Source: Diplonema japonicum
Taxonomy: Eukaryota > Protista > Euglenozoa: Diplonemea
Direction: 5' to 3'
NCBI GenBank assembly: GCA_964019335.1
Contig: OZ025766.1
Location: forward strand, 1-15,220
DNA: 15,220 bases
Positions within the stretch are counted from its first letter, which is position 1. Every line of letters starts with the position of its first letter. Positions 7,321-15,220 of this stretch are shown here, one piece after another. Both the position numbers and the translations under genes were made by a program. The notes below the pieces were generated by a model that ran no database searches, was not told where the DNA came from, and was given only the letters and a program-made list of their open reading frames with translations.

Positions 7321-8736
7321 TGCAGCCCCTTTGCGGAGCTACCACGTTAGTAATACGTACGAGTTACGACGATGGGAGGAGCTACCAGTGGACTCCAATG
7401 CTGAGTCCCCACCGTGGGACCACGCGGATGTCCATTGTAGCGATCGGGTATTACGGGAGACTGGTCAGTAGCGGAGTTGGGATGCTGCAAAGACATACTA
7501 ACGGATGGATGCCCTTGTTCCCGAGAGAGGGAAAAGAATCCTGTATTGGTAAACGTATCTATGCACTACGGTACATGATTAAGGCTCCAATGGGGGCTGC
7601 CCGAATTGCCCCGCATGAAGTAGCCCTACAACGCACCGACGCGGAGTCCGGAGTAAGTAAAGGATTATCAGTGACCGTGTGCCCCAAATCCGTAGGCTTT
7701 AGCGTAGCGGATGTCATGAACGTGCTTGGCGTAGATAGGACGGAGACACGATGTGATGGCTACTGCTCCAGGCTTGCAACCCTATTCTGGGTCCAGAGCC
7801 GTGTGACAGTAATATTACAATGAGTGCTTGAGTATGCTCCGTATCTTCGGAGCTGAGGTAATATCCTCGTTAAGAGGCTGGGAGTGCTGCTCCGAGGGAC
7901 CAGACTTAGAGTTATTACCGAAGGCTACCATCGCGCCTCCGGGCAGCGGGGCCAACGACGAACCGAAGGCAGGCCCCCACACTTCCATGAGAGGAGGGCA
8001 GGAAAGTGCATGTGTCGTGCACGGCTGCTTCATGACAGGTTCTGCAAGTGGCGTCTGTGTGGAGGCACAGCAGGTCGAGTAACGGGTGATCGAGACGCTG
8101 GGCATACAGGATAAGAGGTAAAGGCTTGCCATCGCCTCCAGGTTAATCAAGTAGGTCTTGGCCTCCGTGCCAACTACGCAGCATACCTGCGGCAAGGATT
8201 CCAGAGTCCCCATTTATGGAGGACCGATAAAGGATGGATGCATATCCTCAGATGTGCATTCAGAGCATCATCCGGATATAACAGCTAAGCTGATACAGCA
8301 GCTGTATAGCAGTAACGGTGTCTTAGTTACTGGCATCGGAGGATAGCGACTTGAGGGTACTCTTCAATGTACTGGAGTAATAGATCCGAACAGGGTGAAT
8401 GGAGCGGGCATAAAGTGCGAAGTACGCCTGCCCTAGTCGCAGTAATTGGAGCAGAAGGAGTATATCCTCAGGCGACGCAACGCGCCACGGCAAGGAAGGA
8501 GGTGATCAGAGGATGTAGGACTGGATGAGACAACCTCAGGCCTGTCGCATCCTTGTGTAAGATATCGCAAGGATGCATCATGTCTGAGGGCATGCAGATA
8601 GCAGCAGACTACCAAGAGTGTGATTACCGCAGATGGCTCGACGGGACGAGAGAGATCATTCAAGGAGCTAATCTTACACTCGTCGAATGCTGAGCTGCGG
8701 TTCATACTGCAACGATGAGGAATGGAAGCACGATTG
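7036..8736 (-). CDS. cob: Complete scrambled cob micro-module cluster (spans the unit junction)
   Basis: All pieces listed for 25-1065 (at +7671), plus TNISY 7036-7050; MSARRHSI 7204-7227 (candidate start); ATTVF 7238-7252; LVRITN 7345-7363; IGVH 7388-7399; MDI 7427-7435; LQW 7432-7440; YVFAASQLRYW 7465-7497; RFFSL 7527-7540; GALIMYRSA 7562-7588; YFM 7611-7622; DNPLLTP 7649-7669. Confidence 0.78.
7465..7497 (-). CDS. cob: cob micro-module equivalent to YVLPWGQMSYW
   Basis: YVFAASQLRYW (W = TGA). Y, V, Q, Y and W fall at the canonical spacing. Confidence 0.65.
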   Translation of the reverse strand, partial: YVFAASQLRY

Positions 8737-8905
8737 CTGGCCGCTTCTTGGCCAGCAGGTGCGTCCCTAAGCTTGCACTCTGCAAGTCTACTCCAGGACC
8801 TAGGCGCGGCTTCATCGGAGAAGCCGGAAAGAGCGCGCTCCTTGCCACCTCTAGCAAGGCGCGCTCAGCGAAGGATCGCAATCCAGATGCGGGCCTTCGC
8901 AACCA

Positions 8906-9169
8906 GTCTACGTACTAGGTGTCTTCGTAGCCTTAGCAGGCTGTGTCATTGTGATGTACCCAGACACTCTGCATCATCCAGACAACTTCTGCTATGTAGA
9001 CAGATACGTGACACCAAAGCACATCGTCCCAGAGTGATACTTCTTGCCATTCTATTCTATGCTCAGAGCCTGTAGCATCAAGGTAGTTGGTGTAGCGCTA
9101 CTGGGCTGTGCTATATTGACGTACGTGTTTATGTGCTTGGTCGCTGGTCTCTATACTCACAGCAGAGGT
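8906..9169 (+). CDS. cob: Second copy of the large cob module (PEWY)
   Basis: Identical to 1235-1498 at +7671. Confidence 0.95.
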
Positions 9170-9368
9170 GCTCATGCCTACGCGGAACGTGGTCCGCAGC
9201 TATGAGGTACATGGTTGGTAGAGTATACCGCCAGCACTCTTGCGATCAGATTGTGAGGTACATGGTTGGTAGAGTATACCGCCAGCATAGCTCAGCTATG
9301 CTGGTAATGCTGTCAGCGTGTGTACAGAACATAGCACATGCCGCAGAGAATAGCGTGCTGAGTATCTG

Positions 9369-10789
9369 TACAGTTAGCAGTCTGCTACTAGGATCCACAG
9401 AGGTCTAAATGTTGGTGAAACAACATATTTACTGTGTTACACTGTCTGCACTAATGGTATTACTACATGTCCCAATACTACAATAGTCAAGGGACTAATG
9501 TACTGCCTCCGTACTACTTGATATACTCTGATGCACCCTGATATCCCGGATGCCCCTTTTTGGGCTGAAATGGCGTCCGAGGCTCACCGTGCCATTCCTG
9601 AAAAAGGGCATTTCATTTCTCAGAATTGGTCCCGGACCATTTCCTCCAGTCTTCGAATAAAATGAGGTACCTCCAATAAAAGTGATATTTTGGGGATGCC
9701 CAAATCCACTGATATTACTAGTCTTAGGATCTCACTGTTATATACTGTCTGCATACACCTCCATATTCTACTCAGCATATGGCTAGATATCTACTGCACA
9801 GTATCCTGTAATGGCATCACATGAGTTCATACAGTTAGCAGTCTGCTACTAGGATCCACAGAGGTCTAAATGTTGGTGAAACAACATATTTACTGTGTTA
9901 CACTGTCTGCACTAATGGTATTACTACATGTCCCAATACTACAATAGTCAAGGGACTAATGTACTGCCTCCGTACTACTTGATATACTCTGATGCACCCT
10001 GATATCCCGGATGCCCCTTTTTGGGCTGAAATGGCGTCCGAGGCTCACCGTGCCATTCCTGAAAAAGGGCATTTCATTTCTCAGAATTGGTCCCGGACCA
10101 TTTCCTCCAGTCTTCGAATAAAATGAGGTACCTCCAATAAAAGTGATATTTTGGGGATGCCCAAATCCACTGATATTACTAGTCTTAGGATCTCACTGTT
10201 ATATACTGTCTGCATACACCTCCATATTCTACTCAGCATATGGCTAGATATCTACTGCACAGTATCCTGTAATGGCATCACATGAGTTCATACAGTTAGC
10301 AGTCTGCTACTAGGATCCACAGAGGTCTAAATGTTGGTGAAACAACATATTTACTGTGTTACACTGTCTGCACTAATGGTATTACTACATGTCCCAATAC
10401 TACAATAGTCAAGGGACTAATGTACTGCCTCCGTACTACTTGATATACTCTGATGCACCCTGATATCCCGGATGCCCCTTTTTGGGCTGAAATGGCGTCC
10501 GAGGCTCACCGTGCCATTCCTGAAAAAGGGCATTTCATTTCTCAGAATTGGTCCCGGACCATTTCCTCCAGTCTTCGAATAAAATGAGGTACCTCCAATA
10601 AAAGTGATATTTTGGGGATGCCCAAATCCACTGATATTACTAGTCTTAGGATCTCACTGTTATATACTGTCTGCATACACCTCCATATTCTACTCAGCAT
10701 ATGGCTAGATATCTACTGCACAGTATCCTGTAATGGCATCACATGAGTTCATACAGTTAGCAGTCTGCTACTAGGATCCACAGAGGTCT
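9369..10789. repeat. 461-bp tandem repeat (second unit)
   Basis: Same as 1698-3118 at +7671. Confidence 0.97.
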
Positions 10790-11369
10790 CACAAGCCTCG
10801 AATTAGGATCAGATAGCTTTGTATTGGATTGTCATCATCTATACGAGGATATGGGCATATCCATTGTGCATTCTATTACCATCTACGTAATCAGGTGTTA
10901 TTACGCTACAAACCACTTATTTACGTTTCCTAATAAATGGGATAAAACACAGTCCTCGTGGGAACAATGGACTCTAAATATGACATATTTAGGGTGTCTT
11001 AGGATCACCGGTTGGTAGTCTGTCTGACAGGATATCCCCACAGCGTCGATCAAACAGTACTGATGACTACGCATTCCGTATATTACGGAATTATCAGAAT
11101 CTCAAGGATTGGTGAGGTCCAGAATACTTAATGGGGATTCTACGTTGCACCCGCCGAAGGTAATATGATGTCTGGTTGGGGACAGCTTTTCCCAGGGTTT
11201 GAGCCCCATGTTTTCGACCTAAAAAGTGCAAAAATCCGGCCGCTTTTCCAGTTGGACTGTGCCGTGAAAAACATGTACGAAATAATTGCCCCTTTTTGCC
11301 CCTTTTTCGGTCCCAAAAAGGGCCCATTTCTGGGGTTTACGGGACATTTTTGCAAATTAGCGAATACCC

Positions 11370-11726
11370 CTCTGGGATGAGGCGATGAAATTCGTCAAAT
11401 TCATCCGATACAGTCCTGTAACAACCCACGGCCCTGTAGCTATGCAATTCCTGGACACCTCTCTGGGCTCCTACGGGTGATTTCTGCAAATTAACCCGCT
11501 ACAGTCCTGTAAGTCCTATACACGTAGCCTTTCTGGGAATTCCTGAATATTCTCTGGGAATTTACGGGGTAATTCTTCAAATTCACCCGCCTCAGTCCCC
11601 AGAGATTCTACGTCCCTGCAGCTCTCCGATTTCGGGTCACGCCTCTGGGAGTTTACGGGGTAATTCTTCAAATTCACCCGCCTCAGTCCCCAGAGATTCT
11701 ACGTCCCTGCAGCTCTCCGATTTCGG
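11370..11726. repeat. 91-bp tandem array (second unit)
   Basis: Same as 3699-4055 at +7671. Confidence 0.88.
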
Positions 11727-12686
11727 AAACCCTTGTGGGACACTACGTAAGAATTATGCAAATTACCTCGCTATATCCCCCACGCGCGCGCGCGCGCGTA
11801 AGGATACAAAAAGTCTGAAGACCAAAGGTCTTTCGGGCAGCCGCCCAAAAGGACCAAAGGTCGAAGACGCGATGGGCCAACGGCACAGCGCAAGGACCGA
11901 AGGTCCGAGGCAAAGACCAAAGGCGAGGGACGAGCCACACTTCCACCCCAAAGAAGCCCACTGCAGGTGTCACCAAGATCGGAGTACGAAGGAATAGAAT
12001 GACTGGAGTTCGCGTAGTCAACGGAGCGGGCCCTCGGCAGAGTGTGGCAGTGCCACGCCTCAGCGTGAGCACTGTCGCGGAACCATGGAACGAGGTGACT
12101 ACTTGTCAAGCACATGCTAGTGCGACAAGTGCCACCGGGTGCGCAGGGAACTGGTTACTTGCGTAGCAAGAACCAGGGCGGCCGCACTGCCCCGCTGGCC
12201 AGGCGTTGAAATGCTTGCGAAAGCCACCCTGAGGGGTGCGAGCATTTCAAGACAACAAGACAGAAAGCCCACTGCAGGTGTCAAGAAGAACAGCCTCCGA
12301 CCCGCATGAGCGAGGACGATGGGGCGAGACGGCGTGCGCCAGCAGCCAGGAGCCCCACGTTCCGAGTGGGCGCAGGAGGAGCGTAAGCCCCTGCGGGAAC
12401 CTAGCATCCACGGTAGTGATGCGACGGTTTAGGCCCCTGCGGGAATAGAATGAATGAGGGTGTGCATCCGGAGCTAGGTGCAAAGCGGAGGACCTGCCAC
12501 AGCCGAGAGCCTGTGCCTTTGTGATGCGAGGGTCGTCCCGTGAGCATGCCACAAATGGCCAGTGATTACTTCCATAACTTATCAGTGAGTCAGACGCAAT
12601 GCGAACGGTTTCTCACCTCTAGAGCGGGAGCTGCTCCAGCAGGAGCGAGGTGAGTAAGTAAGTTTCCCGAAATGCAAGCGTGCGAT

Positions 12687-13863
12687 GTAGGTCAGATCTC
12701 GATAGCCCATTAGATGGCGCAACTAGGGGCAGAGATAGATCGCCGTATAGCAAGGAGCGCTGCAGGTCGAGGTGCGAACCTCAAGCATGTGAGGGAGGTA
12801 GCGTCTCCCAGTTAGGCAATCGCCTTCTGGGTGTGTGCCGGACGAGGAGCGTAGGGGTCCAGTACCGTGATGAGGCAAACGCAGGTAGTTACTAGCAGAG
12901 TCGAACAGCGCCGCGTAGGAACGTATCCGTAGTAGTGTACGTAGTACACTAACGCAGGACATAAGAACCTATGGTTCGTTGCCAGGGTGCATAGCGCCCG
13001 TACAGCGGTGCAGACGAGTAGGGACGAGCCTCGACGGTATTCGGAATAATATAAAAAGGAGGTGAAAAGCATCACCCGATGCACAGAGACGAATCAAGGA
13101 TATCATCCGTATCATGTAAGACAGGTGTCTAGCCTGAATACATGAGGTGGGGATGTCTCCGTCCGTTAGGTGATAAGGGTACCGAGGATGAAAGCCCGAC
13201 AATACGAAGTATTGGCGCACGCCATCAACGGTGCCATGATCGGAACGTTATCGTAGTGTGCCAAGACCTTCATCCGCTCAGAGGAGTCCATGGATGGAGG
13301 TTACAGGTACACGTGATTATGCACGTGGTACTGCCCGATAACGATTAGACTAGGTACATTCATGTACCTAACGAGCTGATCCCGCATAGCGTGGAGCACG
13401 AATGTAAGGTCTAGGCGTGGGTAGTAACTGTGGTTATGCGATAGAGGCCTCCCAGTTCTCAGAGAGGTTCGGCCGCAGGGTAGGTATGGCGACCGAGGTC
13501 CAGGAATGGCGATGACGCCAGAGAACCGAGCTCGAAGATCGGGGGACGTACTTTGACCTCAACACTGATCCATCCCGCACCTGGGATGGATGCGTAGTGA
13601 TGCGTAGATCACGTGCAGCTGCTCTCTTGGAAGAGAAGCTGAACATTAAGAGTGATCGAGATACCGCTGCAGTATGTGGTACCAGACTGAGAGGGAATAG
13701 CATGCCACTACAAGACATGAGGAGGTCAGGCCACCATTGATAGTCGTCGAGTCCCCACGAACCACGAGACGGCTCCTCCGCGCAATGGTGGTCGTAATGC
13801 AGAGTGAGCGTAGCGTGGCACATTAGAGCAGCGGAAGATGATCTCCGGCCATAGGAGAATCAG
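12687..13863 (-). CDS. cox3: Second copy of the cox3 micro-module cluster
   Basis: Identical at +7671. Confidence 0.68.
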
Positions 13864-14036
13864 CTGACTCTTAGCGAGTGCCGATGGACTTGTGCTCGTT
13901 TCTGGGCGAGCAAGTGACAAGGACATATTTTGAAGGGTAAGCGGAGCGCCGCGTATTGCCCCCGTGCTGACGGTAGGCCATACCTCACCACAACGTGTGG
14001 GGAGCAGATACCTATAAGGTATATGGCAGTGCGCAG

Positions 14037-14991
14037 ACACCCTGAACATATATGTACTTGTCCGTCAAGGCCATTAGGAAAAGAGAGAAGGTCGGAGGGG
14101 ACGTGCACCATCAGCCCTGCGTCGAGAAGAGCCCTCGAGGGCTGCCTATGCATCCACCTTAGTGGAGGAGCAGCACAGAGGTATCCTCGATGGATGGCAG
14201 CGTTAGACCTTTTGTCTTGTGAATACAGCCTATTGCGCAAGCATAGATCATGGTACATGGAATAGGCATGCAGCGGATGGGTAGGCTGTATGAATGGGCT
14301 CTGAAGGGACTAAGGACCTGAGATCACCAGCCTCCAAACTGGTGATAGCAGATTGGTCCAGCAACAGGACTAGAGGTCTTACTGTTGTGGTCCCGAGAAG
14401 AGAGTCGCCCCCGAAGCGACCGAGAGCCACCAGGATAGGTGCTGTAGAGACAAGCATTGGATCGAATGTCTGGCCCTGAACCTTACAGTATATCACTATC
14501 GGTGTATATGCGCTGAGGAGAATGGTCCAGGCAGAGAACGACGCAAGGAATAGGCACCGCATGACCAGCTCCCATTCTGATGCACACAGCCGTGAAGTAG
14601 ATATGGGAGTGCAGTTCCTGCGATGAGAATCTAGCAGGCCATAATGGTGCCTCCGTGTACCAGCAATGATCAGCCTGAGAACTAGATACGAATGCAGGGC
14701 ATCTCTGTAAGAGATATTGGTGCAAAGCGCAAGGCACATCAGCCACCCATAGGCTGATGAATTACTAAGCGGAACACCAGCTTCTAAGTCCACGTACGCC
14801 ATACAAGCATAGTGAGTAGGAGCGCTATCGTGTGAGCTTTCTATGTATAGAATAAGGAAGTGGGACCTTCCGGATATAGAGTGCCTCCGTGCACTCATGA
14901 CCGATAGGGAATACTGTGGTTGCTGGCAGCATACTACTAACAGTAGTGTTGCTCCATAGGCCAACAGTAGGCTGATGAGCAGTGTGTGAAT
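14037..14991 (-). CDS. atp6: Second copy of the atp6 micro-module cluster
   Basis: Identical at +7671. Confidence 0.68.
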
Positions 14992-15211
14992 TGCAGCCCC
15001 TTTGCGGAGCTACCACGTTAGTAATACGTACGAGTTACGACGATGGGAGGAGCTACCAGTGGACTCCAATGCTGAGTCCCCACCGTGGGACCACGCGGAT
15101 GTCCATTGTAGCGATCGGGTATTACGGGAGACTGGTCAGTAGCGGAGTTGGGATGCTGCAAAGACATACTAACGGATGGATGCCCTTGTTCCCGAGAGAG
15201 GGAAAAGAATC
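14707..15211 (-). CDS. cob: Partial further copy of the cob micro-module cluster
   Basis: Identical to 7036-7540 at +7671; cut by the window end. Confidence 0.7.
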
Positions 15212-15220
15212 CTGTATTGG

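Larger units (their letters stand above)
1..15220. repeat. Head-to-tail duplication of a 7,671-bp unit (about 1.98 copies); probable circular mitochondrial chromosome
   Basis: Sequence at 1 (tgaccgtgtgcccc) recurs at 7672. Every ORF in the track recurs at +7671 with identical translation. No differences were seen by eye. Confidence 0.97.

Noticed and set aside
7311-7823. 170-aa + strand ORF with HRGT and IKAP resembling nad7
   Set aside because: The context does not match GLLHRGTEKL, and the ORF is antisense to cob pieces.
5016-8736. Pieces as kinetoplastid-type guide RNA genes transcribed from +
   Set aside because: gRNAs would template the added Us and overlap by long anchors. These pieces lack the Us, overlap by only 0-9 nt and skip the large module. 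A splint role for antisense RNA cannot be excluded.

Overview
The window is almost two identical head-to-tail copies of a 7,671-bp unit (1-7549 = 7672-15220), most likely one small circular molecule read or assembled twice. The supplied ORF track is uninformative. With TGA=Trp, the unit looks like a diplonemid-type (Euglenozoa) mitochondrial chromosome with two parts. (i) About 3.4 kb is non-coding: 3 x 461-bp repeats, phased A/T tracts, a 91-bp array, (CG)8 and a purine-skewed GC-rich block. (ii) About 4.2 kb holds one unmistakable ~265-nt cytochrome b fragment on + (HIVPEWYFLPFY) and dozens of 9-90-nt gene pieces on the - strand. Reordered by hand, these pieces tile nearly all of the rest of cob (about 30+ pieces, with the four heme histidines in register), much of atp6 and much of cox3. 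The pieces are scrambled within gene-wise clusters, and several need U additions or C-to-U editing. This appears to be a far more extreme gene-fragmentation and scrambling system than I recall for described diplonemids. Piece boundaries and pieces under 15 nt are manual inferences that need RNA confirmation. Add 7671 to get second-copy coordinates.
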